In this document: piece by piece, positions 20,925-31,573 of the stretch
Position numbering within the stretch: the stretch's first letter is position 1
How the letters are laid out: each line of letters begins with the position of its first letter
Assembly: GCA_902493275.1 (NCBI GenBank)
Contig: CABUOQ010000003.1
Coordinates: 17,278 to 81,277, forward strand
Length of the DNA stretch: 64,000 bases
Source of the DNA: an uncultured Bacillota bacterium
GTDB lineage: Bacteria; Bacillota_I; Bacilli_A; RFN20; CAG-449
Direction of reading: 5' to 3'
Position numbers and translations under genes: made by a program
The notes under the pieces: generated by a model
Told to the model about the DNA's origin: nothing
The model's database searches: none
Seen by the model: the letters and a program-made list of their open reading frames with translations, nothing else

Positions 20925-22469
20925 TTATTTCCTTTTTTTGATTAGTACAAATGTTAAGATTAAACCGGCAACTACAATTACAGCACCGACAGATGCTCCT
21001 ATAATTAAGCCTGTGTTTGTTTCTGGAGTATTATTTGGTTTATCATCTTCTGATGGTTTTCCTTTAGATACAATTATTTCTCTTTCAATTTGAGATGCAT
21101 TATATGTTACATCGTCTTCAATATAAGATGATGAATAAGTAACGTAGTATATGCCGATTGATGTAGGAGTAAATTTGTTATTTTCAACAGTGATTTCATT
21201 CCCTATCGGATCTTCAACTTTGATGGTAACACTTCTTTGAACATTATTTTTATCAGTCGCGGTCGCAGTTGGAAGAATAATTTCTTGATTGGTATAACCT
21301 ACTGTAGGGAATTCGCCATCTAAGACAATGTCATATCCTTTAGTTACTTCAATTTCTAGTGGGTCAGACAAACCGATATTTCCAGCAAGGTCGGTTACTT
21401 CTAAAACTAATTTATATTTTCCAGTGTTAGGAAAAGAAATTTGCTTTATTAAACTAGAAGTAGTATCAACATTTCCTACATATGAAAATGTTTCTTCATC
21501 ATTATGATAAACTCTTAATTTACTATTAGTTACCAAATCGTCAGCAACAGATGCAAAGTCCATAATAGGTCTTACATAAAAATCAGCAGAAGTATTTGGT
21601 GAATGTAACCATTTTTCGATTCTTAGGGTGTATTCTGTATTTTTTGTGTAAACTTGTTCGGTGCTTTTTTGAATGGCAGGAATGCAAGGTGCTACGTTAT
21701 CTTCGAGCATACCATCATCATTTAAGCACATTGTTTGGCCATTAATATTTTTGATAACAACCTCATTAATTGTATCTGCTTCTAATTCTGAATGTGCAAA
21801 CCAAAATTCAATGTTTGTTGCATCTCCATAGTGCTTTTGCATGAAAGATAAGTATTGTTCTTCCTTATTTCCAATTTCACCCAACTTATGAAATGGAACC
21901 ATTTCATCTAGCCAACTACAATAGCCCGAAAAGAAATTAGTTGTATCAAACGAAATTTTGAATGAGGAGTTATTTGTAAATACACCGCTTATATAGCCAC
22001 CACTATAGGTTTCCCAATTTGATGTTTCTTGCTCACAAAATTCCATCCAACTGCTTGTTTCACCAGGATTAGTTGAATTGCTTGACCATATTCTGAATCT
22101 GGTGTTGAATCCGGTATCCACATTAATAAGAAAAATATCGTAAGGAATGCTAATACTTGTATGATTTTCTAATAATGTTCGAGTTTCATCGTCGTAATCA
22201 GGAATTTGAAATTCTACACTTGCTATTTGATTATTTGAGACATCAAATTGTTGTTTAATGCCGATTCCATTAGCGTACTTATCGTTAGAATCATATTTTC
22301 TTACTCCATGGGCACCATCTTTTTGAAATCCAGAATCGCTAGTGCTTATCCAGTTAAATACATTATCGATTTCTATTGGATTAATCGCTTTTGTTTCAGC
22401 TTTGACTAGCAAATTATTATTTCCAAATATTAATAAGCCTAGTAATGACGCAAATATAATTTTTTTCAT
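20925..22469 (-). CDS. Cell-surface protein with N-terminal signal peptide, Ig-like/carbohydrate-binding-like middle region and C-terminal TM anchor (no LPXTG)
   Basis: Signal peptide ending VKA. C-terminal hydrophobic segment followed by KKRK. Confidence 0.5.
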   Translation of the reverse strand: MKKIIFASLLGLLIFGNNNLLVKAETKAINPIEIDNVFNWISTSDSGFQKDGAHGVRKYDSNDKYANGIGIKQQFDVSNNQIASVEFQIPDYDDETRTLLENHTSISIPYDIFLINVDTGFNTRFRIWSSNSTNPGETSSWMEFCEQETSNWETYSGGYISGVFTNNSSFKISFDTTNFFSGYCSWLDEMVPFHKLGEIGNKEEQYLSFMQKHYGDATNIEFWFAHSELEADTINEVVIKNINGQTMCLNDDGMLEDNVAPCIPAIQKSTEQVYTKNTEYTLRIEKWLHSPNTSADFYVRPIMDFASVADDLVTNSKLRVYHNDEETFSYVGNVDTTSSLIKQISFPNTGKYKLVLEVTDLAGNIGLSDPLEIEVTKGYDIVLDGEFPTVGYTNQEIILPTATATDKNNVQRSVTIKVEDPIGNEITVENNKFTPTSIGIYYVTYSSSYIEDDVTYNASQIEREIIVSKGKPSEDDKPNNTPETNTGLIIGASVGAVIVVAGLILTFVLIKKRK

Positions 22470-22480
22470 TTTTTAACCTC

Positions 22481-24034
22481 CTAAATAATGCTTTGTATTG
22501 TATTTGAGTTTAATTTTTCATTTTCAATGACTTTAAAACGATATAGTAAGCCAGGGATGGCTTTTAATTCTTGATTATATACTCCTTTGTCTTCAGATAT
22601 GAACTCGCCGTTTTCTTTGACGTATCCGATTTCATAGTTATTTTCAATAGTGCTATTTTGTATTTTAAAATTAGCTTCTTCTGTTGAAAGTAAATAGATA
22701 TAATCTCCGTTATTTATTGCATAAGCTAATGAGCCATCTTCTGTTTTAAAATCAAATTGTGTTTTTGATGTTCTAATACTTTGAATCTTATTTTGGTTAG
22801 GCAAATCTTCATCAACATTAAATATTGCAATGTCCTCTGAATCAGTAATTGCAAAATATGGACCGGCTTTATTTATTCCGTCGAGCATCTTTTTTGCAAG
22901 TGCAAAAGCCGGCTTTTCTTGTTTTGTTATATTGTCGAGGATTCCCCAATCATAATATCCCCAACTATTAGTGATAACGGAAGGAGTTATTAAGTCGTAT
23001 ATTGAATATCCTCCACCTAGCATATTTGTCATTAAATAAAGCGAAGCAGTATTTATGAAATGACCTGTATTTTCTGCAATCTGTGGATAAGAATTAAGTC
23101 TTTCTTTCATTTGAATAATTATATTTTTATTAAATGAAATTGAGCTGTTATAGGTGTCTTCACCAACTAAATCAATGGATGATAAAGAACATACGTTTTG
23201 CCAATTAGTATAACTAATGTCTTCATTAAAACAGCATAAGTTTACTCGAGTTATAACTTTATATTTAGAAGCTTTTACTACTTTTCCAATATACTCAGTT
23301 GCATATAGTGTTTCTTCCCAAGCTTCTTCATAAGTTAATAATTCCCCATTTTCTTTTCTAAGTTCATGTTCAGTTATTCTTTTTTCAGCATATAAATCTG
23401 GTTCGTTTCTAACTTGAATTGAGATGACTGTGTTTGAATTATTTTGTTTACTCCAATCATATATGGCATTCATTAGAGCCTCTACCATTAGGGCTTCTCT
23501 TTTTAAAAGATTTTCATTTGTCTGTACAAAAAATAATGCATCTGGATGATTCAAGGTGTTTTTATATTGAGGGTATTTATCAGTATCATTTTTTATATAA
23601 TCTGGAATAGTTCCACTCATTCCACCGATGTTTATAGTGAATAATAGTATTTCAACTTTTAGATTATATTTTTTAGCTAAAGAAAGAATTTTCGAAAGGT
23701 TTCTAAAATCATACGCTCCTTCGCGAGGCTCAATATCTTTCCATTGAATAGGGAGTTCAACCATTTTAATTCCTAGTTTTTGTGATTCTTGAAAATAATA
23801 TTCTAAATCATTAATTGATTCTTTTTGGACATCTAATAACCAATCTATACGAATTTGAGCTCCATTAAAATTAAATGGATTTCCATCAACTTCGATATAT
23901 TTTCTTTTACTTTTAGTTTCCTTAATTTGCGACACCATTATATCTTCATTAGTTGGTAAAGATGAAATGGTCGTTGTTTTACACCCTACAAGCAAAGATG
24001 ATGTTAAACATAATAAAGCAAGTGCTTTGTTCAT
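22481..24034 (-). CDS. Lipoprotein, clan GH-A TIM-barrel glycoside hydrolase (GH5/GH53-like), paralog 1
   Basis: Lipobox LLVGC. IQVRNEPD motif (NEP acid/base motif of clan GH-A). Similar to the adjacent paralog. Confidence 0.5.
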   Translation of the reverse strand: MNKALALLCLTSSLLVGCKTTTISSLPTNEDIMVSQIKETKSKRKYIEVDGNPFNFNGAQIRIDWLLDVQKESINDLEYYFQESQKLGIKMVELPIQWKDIEPREGAYDFRNLSKILSLAKKYNLKVEILLFTINIGGMSGTIPDYIKNDTDKYPQYKNTLNHPDALFFVQTNENLLKREALMVEALMNAIYDWSKQNNSNTVISIQVRNEPDLYAEKRITEHELRKENGELLTYEEAWEETLYATEYIGKVVKASKYKVITRVNLCCFNEDISYTNWQNVCSLSSIDLVGEDTYNSSISFNKNIIIQMKERLNSYPQIAENTGHFINTASLYLMTNMLGGGYSIYDLITPSVITNSWGYYDWGILDNITKQEKPAFALAKKMLDGINKAGPYFAITDSEDIAIFNVDEDLPNQNKIQSIRTSKTQFDFKTEDGSLAYAINNGDYIYLLSTEEANFKIQNSTIENNYEIGYVKENGEFISEDKGVYNQELKAIPGLLYRFKVIENEKLNSNTIQSII

Positions 24035-25611
24035 TATATTCCTCCTATAAAGTCGATTGTATTTGATTTAAAGTTAGATTCATAATTGTCAATATTTAAA
24101 CGATATAATTTGTCGCCTTTTAAACTTAATTTACTATCCGTGATATTTAATTTTTCTTTTTGAATGAAAGAACCATCGTTATTTACATATCCTGTATACA
24201 AAAAAGGCTGATAATTTGCTCCTTGAATGCTTATTGTAGCATCGTCTGTTAAATATATATCGATATACTTATCACCAGTAATTAGATAACCCATAGATGC
24301 GTTATTTGCTTCAAAAGTCACTAACGCACGATTTGTTTGCATCGTTTGAGTTATTTGCTCGCTAGGAATATTATTTCTAATATTAAAGGAAGCGATATTT
24401 TCAATATCTTCTAAGATAAAGTCTGATCCAGCTAGAGTTATTCCATTAATAATCTTACGGCTAAGAGATGTATGTGACTTATCTTGCAAAGTGACATTAT
24501 CAACAATTGACCAATCATCCCAACCATATTCATTTACCGCTATTTCAGGTGTGGCAAGATCATAGATCATATACCCCCCACCCATGGCAAGACAACCTAG
24601 AATTAATGAAGGCGTTGTATTATATGAACCATCATTTTCACTGATATGTGGAAAGTTATTACCATTAAATATTTCTTGACTATTAAAATCTTTTATCACA
24701 GATTTATTAAATGAAACTGTTTGTTCATATGTATCATCTCCAACAATGTCTATTCCTTCCAAAGAGTAGATTTTTTGAACAAAATTTTGCCATGAATCTT
24801 TATATGCTTGCGCAACATTTACTCTAGTTATACATTTATAATCTGACTTTTTAACAACTTTTCCTAAATAGTCATAAGCATCTAAAGTTTCTTGCCAAGC
24901 TTCAATGTCTGTTAAACGTCTTGAACCATCGACGGTCATTATTTCTTGTTGAGATAAGACAAAGCGTGGGAATGTATCAGATTCATTGTGAATTTGAATA
25001 GCGCTAACGACATGGGTATTATTATTTGATATGGACCATGTATTTATTGCAGACATTAATTCATTTAACCATTTACCTTCACGCTCTAGTAGTTTTGCAT
25101 TATTTTGCACTAAAAATAATCCGTTTGGAGATTTGAGAGACTTGTATCGAGGATATGTTAAGCTATCTTCTTTTATATAATCAGGAACGTTATCGCTCCA
25201 ACCGGTAGTATTTGTAGAGAATAAAAGAAATTCGACTTTTAATTCTAGTTCATTTGCTATTGATAAAATTTTTCCAACATCACGGAAATTATACATATCC
25301 TTTGATGGCTCACTTTCTCTCCAAGGCAGAGGGATTTCGACTAAACTAACACCAAGATTTTTAGCACATTGAAAATATGTTTTTATTTCATCAAAAGATT
25401 TGTTTTCTTTATAAATAAGTAAATCAGTTCGTATTTGTATTCCAATAGGAGTGACAGGTTTTCCATCTAAAGAATAGTATGTCTTACCTGATTTTGTTTT
25501 TTTTATTTCACTAATAAAATTACTTGTAGATGGCTCATTAATTTGTTGTTTATTACATCCGCATGACAGTAAGATTATAGATATTGATAATAGCTTTAAT
25601 ATTTTTTTCAT
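24034..25611 (-). CDS. Lipoprotein, clan GH-A TIM-barrel glycoside hydrolase, paralog 2
   Basis: Lipobox LLSCGC. IQIHNESD motif. Colinear similarity to 22481..24034. Confidence 0.5.
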   Translation of the reverse strand: MKKILKLLSISIILLSCGCNKQQINEPSTSNFISEIKKTKSGKTYYSLDGKPVTPIGIQIRTDLLIYKENKSFDEIKTYFQCAKNLGVSLVEIPLPWRESEPSKDMYNFRDVGKILSIANELELKVEFLLFSTNTTGWSDNVPDYIKEDSLTYPRYKSLKSPNGLFLVQNNAKLLEREGKWLNELMSAINTWSISNNNTHVVSAIQIHNESDTFPRFVLSQQEIMTVDGSRRLTDIEAWQETLDAYDYLGKVVKKSDYKCITRVNVAQAYKDSWQNFVQKIYSLEGIDIVGDDTYEQTVSFNKSVIKDFNSQEIFNGNNFPHISENDGSYNTTPSLILGCLAMGGGYMIYDLATPEIAVNEYGWDDWSIVDNVTLQDKSHTSLSRKIINGITLAGSDFILEDIENIASFNIRNNIPSEQITQTMQTNRALVTFEANNASMGYLITGDKYIDIYLTDDATISIQGANYQPFLYTGYVNNDGSFIQKEKLNITDSKLSLKGDKLYRLNIDNYESNFKSNTIDFIGGI

Positions 25612-25619
25612 ATATACCT

Positions 25620-26468
25620 CTATTTAAAAGCAGATTGAATTGAGTTTCCGATAAAGTATTTTTGTAACGAAAATAGAACTATGACCATCGGAATTGAGAA
25701 CATAACTGATCCCGCTAATGTTAAGTTCCAATTGGTTGTGTAACTATTTTGAAAGTTTAATAATGATAAAGATAAAGTCTTTTGTTCATCATATAGCAAA
25801 TAAAGATTAGGACCGATATAATCTGACCACATTGAAGTAAAAAGAAATATAAACAAGGTTATTAAGATTGGTTTCATGTTAGGTAGAATAACCTTGAATA
25901 ATGTTGTTAATGAAGAACAGCCATCTATTTTCGCAGCATCATCGAGGTCTTTTGGAATTGACATTATGAATTGCCTCATCATAAATATGTTATATGCGCT
26001 TCCACCAAATGCTGGAATAATTAATGGTAAAAATGTACCTATCCATCCAATTTTCTTAAAAACAACAAATGCTGGAATCATAGTAACTACCCAAGGTAGC
26101 ATCATCGTACCAATTAAAATTGCAAACAGAAAATTTTTTCCTTTAGCTTTAAATCTAGCAAAACCATAAGCGGCTAATAAAGAGCCAGTCATATTAAGAA
26201 TCATAACAGGTATCATTATTAATAAAGTGTTACCTAAACTCCTTAAAAAATTCATAGTTTTGAAAGCTTCAATATAATTTTGAAATTTCCAGGTTTTTGG
26301 TAACACAGAAGGATTGATGGTTAATATCTCCGAATCGCTTCCAGCAAAGGAATTTAAAACCATATATATAAAAGGAAAGACAAAAAAGAATGTGATGATA
26401 ATGGAACAAATATTCCATAAAATGCCATTTATACTTTTTATATTTCTTTTGTTTCTAGTTGCCATCAT
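25620..26468 (-). CDS. Carbohydrate ABC transporter permease (MalG-like)
   Basis: Six TM segments. EAA-loop region DAAKIDGCSSLTTLFKVILP. Confidence 0.8.
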   Translation of the reverse strand: MMATRNKRNIKSINGILWNICSIIITFFFVFPFIYMVLNSFAGSDSEILTINPSVLPKTWKFQNYIEAFKTMNFLRSLGNTLLIMIPVMILNMTGSLLAAYGFARFKAKGKNFLFAILIGTMMLPWVVTMIPAFVVFKKIGWIGTFLPLIIPAFGGSAYNIFMMRQFIMSIPKDLDDAAKIDGCSSLTTLFKVILPNMKPILITLFIFLFTSMWSDYIGPNLYLLYDEQKTLSLSLLNFQNSYTTNWNLTLAGSVMFSIPMVIVLFSLQKYFIGNSIQSAFK

Positions 26469-27405
26469 AGTACACCTTCTTTCCTACAGTTTTAAAGAAA
26501 ATAGCTGTAAACACAGATATTATTGCGAAACATATCCATGCCATAGCGCACGCATAACCCATACCTGCTCCAGAAAAGGCGTTATCCATAATAGACATAG
26601 TCATAGTATAGGTATTATAATTGTCACCAAATAAAAGAGTGATTTCTGTATATGCTTGTAGGGTGTTAATAAAACCAGTAGCTAATAAGAAAAATAAAGA
26701 TGGTGATATATGAGGGATTACGATTTTAAATAGGGTTCTTATCTTTCCAGAACCATCTACTCTAGAAGCATCAATTAAATCTCCGGGAACATTTTGTAAT
26801 GCGGATAAGATGACAATCATCCACGGGCCGATTGCACCAAGAGAGTTTATTAAAACTACGGTAATCATCGCGGTTGCAGGACTTCTTAAATCAATTTTAC
26901 CGAATCCAAGGCTTTGTAAGATATTTACAATTAAACTTCGATCTTGACATACTAATAGTTGCCATAATAAAGCACTTGATACAGCAGGAATGACAGCTGG
27001 TAAATATATCAAAACACGATATAAATTTCTAAGTTTTCTAAATTTTCCTTTTTGATTTAAAAACAAAGCAATTAGAAATGAAAAAACAATAGTGACTATT
27101 ACTTTAAGAATGGCATATAGAAATGAATTTTTTATCGAATTTAAAAACAGATGATCAGTTTTAAAAATATCACTATAATTCATCCACCCAATAAAGTGTA
27201 AAGGTTTAGTTGTTATTGTCGATACTTTAGCGTTAGTAAATGATAATATTAATGATACTATCATAGGAACTAAAGTAAAGCATATCAAAGCGATAAGCCA
27301 TGGCAGTATATACAAATAAAATTGATGTTTAGAGAGAAACTTTTTGAATTTCCTCCAGGTTGAGTTTTTATTTATTTGTTCCATATTATAATCTCGCCAA
27401 TACAC
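26455..27405 (-). CDS. Carbohydrate ABC transporter permease (MalF-like)
   Basis: TM-rich. EAA-loop DASRVDGSGKIRTLFKIVIP. Overlaps the downstream permease by 14 nt. Confidence 0.8.
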   Translation of the reverse strand: MYWRDYNMEQINKNSTWRKFKKFLSKHQFYLYILPWLIALICFTLVPMIVSLILSFTNAKVSTITTKPLHFIGWMNYSDIFKTDHLFLNSIKNSFLYAILKVIVTIVFSFLIALFLNQKGKFRKLRNLYRVLIYLPAVIPAVSSALLWQLLVCQDRSLIVNILQSLGFGKIDLRSPATAMITVVLINSLGAIGPWMIVILSALQNVPGDLIDASRVDGSGKIRTLFKIVIPHISPSLFFLLATGFINTLQAYTEITLLFGDNYNTYTMTMSIMDNAFSGAGMGYACAMAWICFAIISVFTAIFFKTVGKKVYYDGN

Positions 27406-28792
27406 GTTTTATTTCATCTTCGATATCTTTTTTGCAAAGTTTTAGAGCTTCTTCTGTTGATAGTGGAGAGTCGCTATCCCATGTCTTACCATAATTTAAG
27501 CCTAATTTTGATTCCATTGTAGTTGTGTTGATGTATTGTGAAAATTTAAGTGGTTCAGCAATAGATGTCATGTTATAAAAATATTTATTGAGTTCTTGTT
27601 GCTTCTCATTGCCACTATTTAGATATGCATCACTACTTGCAATAGTTTTATTTGCGGGAACGTTAAATGACTCACCATTTCTTATTTCTTGTTGCACACC
27701 AGAAGTTAGAATATATTCTAAAAATTTATATGCGACACCTGGATATTTTGTTTGTGAATTGATACTAATTCCAACATAACTCGTTGTAGTAAACACTTCA
27801 TCATCAGCATTTCTTACAGGTCCAGGAGCAACACCTATATCAAATGAGGTGTTTTCCCAATCGTAAGCTTTAAATGACCATCTTCCTGCCCATACTACAG
27901 AAACAGATCCGCTTTTAAAACCAATACCTGTGTCAACAGATTTTACATCTAATGGTGTTGAACTTGCTTTATCACCATAACAATAATTTGTTAAATGTTT
28001 AAAAGCAGCAATTAATTTTTCATCATCAGCATTGAAAGTTTTCCCATCATTTGAGAAGAATGCTCCTCCTTGTTGCTGAACCCATTCCATGACATGTCTC
28101 CATGGAATATAATCAAAAACAGTACCATATCTCTCGAAACCACCATTTGTATCATATTTAGTTAGTTGATAGCAAAATTCTTCATTTTGTTCCCAAGTCA
28201 TAGGTTTGGTGGAACTTGGATAGACTCCATCATCTGACGGATAACCAATTAAATCTTTTAATGAAGTATCATGTGTGCTGTTATATTCATCAATGTGATT
28301 TTTGTTATACACCATCATGAAATCGGCACTTAAATCTTTAGCAAATGCATATAAATCACCTTGACCTAGAATATTATTTTCATAGTCGTAACGGTAAAAA
28401 TTATTTGCTTCCCATAAATCTGATTCTTTAAGATTTGTTCCTTTTTCAATATATGGTTGTAGGTTTAATAGATTCTCATCTCTTAAAAAAGAAGAAATCT
28501 CTCCAGCTTCCATGAAAAACATATCTGGAGCTATTCCAGCACCAAAATATGTTTTTAAATTGTCAAAATATGATGATTTATTTTCTCTAATTGTGATAGT
28601 CCAATTTGGATAAATAGTATTAAATTGACTTGCGAGTTTTCTATATGCATTAGCATTATCGTATACATAGAATTCAATTGAACATTTTTGATCTTCGTTG
28701 GCTGATTGATATCCTTGCGAAGAATTTACTGTTGTATTACATCCAGCTAGTAATAAACCTATACATGATAATAATGTTAACTTATTTTTCAT
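27386..28792 (-). CDS. Lipoprotein, extracellular solute-binding protein of a carbohydrate ABC transporter
   Basis: Lipobox LLAGC. About 470 aa. Placed ahead of the two permeases. Confidence 0.7.
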   Translation of the reverse strand: MKNKLTLLSCIGLLLAGCNTTVNSSQGYQSANEDQKCSIEFYVYDNANAYRKLASQFNTIYPNWTITIRENKSSYFDNLKTYFGAGIAPDMFFMEAGEISSFLRDENLLNLQPYIEKGTNLKESDLWEANNFYRYDYENNILGQGDLYAFAKDLSADFMMVYNKNHIDEYNSTHDTSLKDLIGYPSDDGVYPSSTKPMTWEQNEEFCYQLTKYDTNGGFERYGTVFDYIPWRHVMEWVQQQGGAFFSNDGKTFNADDEKLIAAFKHLTNYCYGDKASSTPLDVKSVDTGIGFKSGSVSVVWAGRWSFKAYDWENTSFDIGVAPGPVRNADDEVFTTTSYVGISINSQTKYPGVAYKFLEYILTSGVQQEIRNGESFNVPANKTIASSDAYLNSGNEKQQELNKYFYNMTSIAEPLKFSQYINTTTMESKLGLNYGKTWDSDSPLSTEEALKLCKKDIEDEIKRVLARL

Positions 28793-28836
28793 AAAAATCC
28801 TCTTTCTTTTAGTTTTATAATTAGTATTATTATTTA

Positions 28837-29850
28837 TTAGTTTATATCAATCCAAATTGTAGAAGAATAATTTTCAAAAATAGTGATATAAAAAGTGTAG
28901 TTTCCATCAGCAGTGACTTCAAAATTGTCACCATTAGCTTTGAAATTGGTTTCTAATACATTGCAGCCACTATTGAGATTACTTATTCCATACCATCTTT
29001 CAGGATCGGATAAAAGATGGAAAGTGAATACATCACCAACTTTTAAATTTGTATTTGTTGAATATTTTTCTAATGCTGATGGATCATCATACATATCAGA
29101 TAATTTAATACCTGTATTGTCTTGCCAATCGCCAGTTCCGTTTAAAAATGAACCACATCCTACCATGTAACAATTGTCTCTTTCAGCTGGAGGGGTAAAA
29201 CTATTCACAGCAATATAAATGTCTGCAGTATAGTTTGCCCAAATTGATACGTAAATTGTATAATTTCCAGATACTTTTGTTTTTATATTATTATCGCCTT
29301 CTTTTTCAAAGAATGCACCTTGGTAATCAGGATGTGTAACATCTAATAAATCACCGGTTCCATACCAACGATCAGGAGTAGATAATAAGTGGAACATAAA
29401 TACATCGCCTGCAAGCAAATCTACAGTAGTAGTATATTTTTCAAGAGCGTTAGGATTATCGTTCATTGTTTCCAATTTAATACCAGTGCTTTCTTGCCAG
29501 TCGCCAGAACCAGTTAAATAAGAACCATATCCTACCATATAACAATCATCAACTAGAACTTCGGAAGAACTAGATTCCGATGATACCTCTATAGAAGAAC
29601 TGGATTCTGAAGATACTTCTTGAGAAGAACTTTCTTCACTGGAAGAGACAACTTCTGATGAGATTGATTCCTCGTTGGAAGACACTTCTTGGGAACTACT
29701 TTCTGATAAAGAAGTAGAACTATTTACAAAAGAAGAACTTGAACTACTATAATTAGATGATGAAGACATACTAGAGTTATTTTCGTTACAAGCAAATAAG
29801 CCACCTATAAATAAAGAGCTTATGAAGAGCATTTTAAAGTGTTTTTTCAT
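28837..29850 (-). CDS. Surface lipoprotein with Ser-rich linker and two tandem copies of a carbohydrate-binding-like domain (about 110 aa each)
   Basis: Lipobox LFAC. Internal duplication DCYMVGYGSYLTGSGDWQESTGIKL...WYG versus DNCYMVGCGSFLNGTGDWQDNTGIKL...WYG. Confidence 0.6.
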   Translation of the reverse strand: MKKHFKMLFISSLFIGGLFACNENNSSMSSSSNYSSSSSSFVNSSTSLSESSSQEVSSNEESISSEVVSSSEESSSQEVSSESSSSIEVSSESSSSEVLVDDCYMVGYGSYLTGSGDWQESTGIKLETMNDNPNALEKYTTTVDLLAGDVFMFHLLSTPDRWYGTGDLLDVTHPDYQGAFFEKEGDNNIKTKVSGNYTIYVSIWANYTADIYIAVNSFTPPAERDNCYMVGCGSFLNGTGDWQDNTGIKLSDMYDDPSALEKYSTNTNLKVGDVFTFHLLSDPERWYGISNLNSGCNVLETNFKANGDNFEVTADGNYTFYITIFENYSSTIWIDIN

Positions 29851-30128
29851 TTATAATTAACTCCTTTCATTAATTATTTTTATATCTTAAGTGTTACAAA
29901 ATCGTTTTTAATAAGCAATACGCTTACTTTGTCTTAGTTCACTTTTTCAAGGTTTTATTAATATTTATTAGACATAATTTAGATAATTTTTTTTAATTAT
30001 TATAGTAAAAAAATATATTTATTATTATTTATAATAATACTATGATAAAGAGCTACAAAAAATCAAAAAACTATGAATTGCGTTTTTATAAAAATTAATA
30101 TAGTATTTTTTTACAGGAGATATTGAAT

Positions 30129-31439
30129 ATGGATGATTTAAATAACAATCAAAATAATAATGATAAGTTTGTTTCATTAATTAATATTAATAAAACATTT
30201 GATAAAAATGTTAGGGCAGTAGTTGATTTTAATTTAGACATTAAACGATATGAATTTATTGTCTTTGTTGGTCCTTCAGGATGCGGAAAATCAACAACAT
30301 TAAGAATGATTGCAGGTTTAGAGGAAATAACTTCAGGTGAATTATATTTTGATGGAGTATTAGTTAATGATTATACTCCTAAAGAAAGAGACATAGCTAT
30401 GGTATTTCAAAATTATTCATTATATCCTAGTATGACAGTTTATGAAAATTTAGCATTTTCTTTAAAAGTTAGACATTATGAAAAAGAAGAAATTCATAAG
30501 CGAATAATGAAGGCGGCACAGATATTAGATATTTCAGAGTTATTATATCGTAAACCAAAAGAACTTTCAGGCGGTCAACGTCAAAGGGTAGCATTAGGTA
30601 GAGCTATCGTCAGAGATGCAAAAGTATTTTTAATGGATGAGCCTTTAAGTAATCTTGATGCAAAATTAAGAGTACAAATGCGTAGTGAAATTATTAATCT
30701 TCACCGAAAAATAAAAGCTACAACTATATATGTTACTCATGATCAAACAGAAGCGATGACTATGGCTGATCGTATAGTTGTAATGTCTAAAGGATATATA
30801 CAACAAATAGGAACACCAGAAGAAATTTATGCTCGTCCAAAAAACAAATTTGTTGCTTCTTTTATCGGAAGTCCGGCGATGAATTTTATAGAAGTTAATT
30901 ATACAAATGATAATAACATTGTTTTTGATAATGGATTTAAATTAATAATTAGTGATTCATTTGCTAAAAAACATAATCAATTTTATAAAGAGCAACTAAA
31001 TATTAAACAATTAAAATATCAAAAACTAGAAGATGAATTACAACAGTTACAATCACATACATTTACAAAAAGAAAGCAAATAATTAAAAATAAAAGTGAT
31101 ATTGAAGAAATTTCTAACAATATGAAGTTATTAAATGAAGCAATTTTAATTAATAAAAAAATTGTCAATAATGAAAACCATAGAATTGTTCTTGGAATTA
31201 GACCAGAAAATATAAAATGGTCCTTAAAAGAGAAAGCAAATTATTTATCAACTGAAGTTATTCTTTCGGAATTATTAGGTGATGAATATTATATACATTT
31301 TAATATTGAGAATACAAAATTTGTTTTGAAAACACATATCAAAAACAAATTACTATCTGGTGATAAGATATATATTTCTTTTGATCCTAATGATATATAT
31401 TTCTTTGATTTAGAAACAGAGTTGACAATTAATATCTAA
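30129..31439 (+). CDS. msmK: Sugar ABC transporter ATP-binding protein (MalK/MsmK family) with a coiled-coil insertion in the C-terminal regulatory domain
   Basis: Walker [10 protein letters not shown]. Signature LSGGQRQRV. Walker [20 protein letters not shown] 8 nt upstream of the ATG at 30129 (the track ORF begins at the in-frame TTG at 30123). Confidence 0.8.
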   Translation: MDDLNNNQNNNDKFVSLININKTFDKNVRAVVDFNLDIKRYEFIVFVGPSGCGKSTTLRMIAGLEEITSGELYFDGVLVNDYTPKERDIAMVFQNYSLYPSMTVYENLAFSLKVRHYEKEEIHKRIMKAAQILDISELLYRKPKELSGGQRQRVALGRAIVRDAKVFLMDEPLSNLDAKLRVQMRSEIINLHRKIKATTIYVTHDQTEAMTMADRIVVMSKGYIQQIGTPEEIYARPKNKFVASFIGSPAMNFIEVNYTNDNNIVFDNGFKLIISDSFAKKHNQFYKEQLNIKQLKYQKLEDELQQLQSHTFTKRKQIIKNKSDIEEISNNMKLLNEAILINKKIVNNENHRIVLGIRPENIKWSLKEKANYLSTEVILSELLGDEYYIHFNIENTKFVLKTHIKNKLLSGDKIYISFDPNDIYFFDLETELTINI

Positions 31440-31538
31440 TGCATTTTAATGATTTTTGTTAATATTTATTATGATGAATGATGCGTATCTTTGCTATTTA
31501 AAAATATACTTTTTAATTATGAAATTCAAATTAAGATA

Positions 31539-31567
31539 TTGACAAATTTTACATTTACCATTATCAT
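31539..31567 (+). promoter_or_regulatory. Sigma-A-type promoter for the tracrRNA (TTGACA, 17-bp spacer, TATCAT)
   Basis: -35 at 31539..31544 and -10 at 31562..31567, placed about 7 nt upstream of the anti-repeat. Confidence 0.5.
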
Positions 31568-31573
31568 CTAAGT

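Noticed and set aside
20925-22469. Sortase-anchored (LPXTG) surface protein
   Set aside because: The C-terminus has a hydrophobic helix and a KKRK tail but no LPXTG-like motif. It is more likely a type I membrane anchor.
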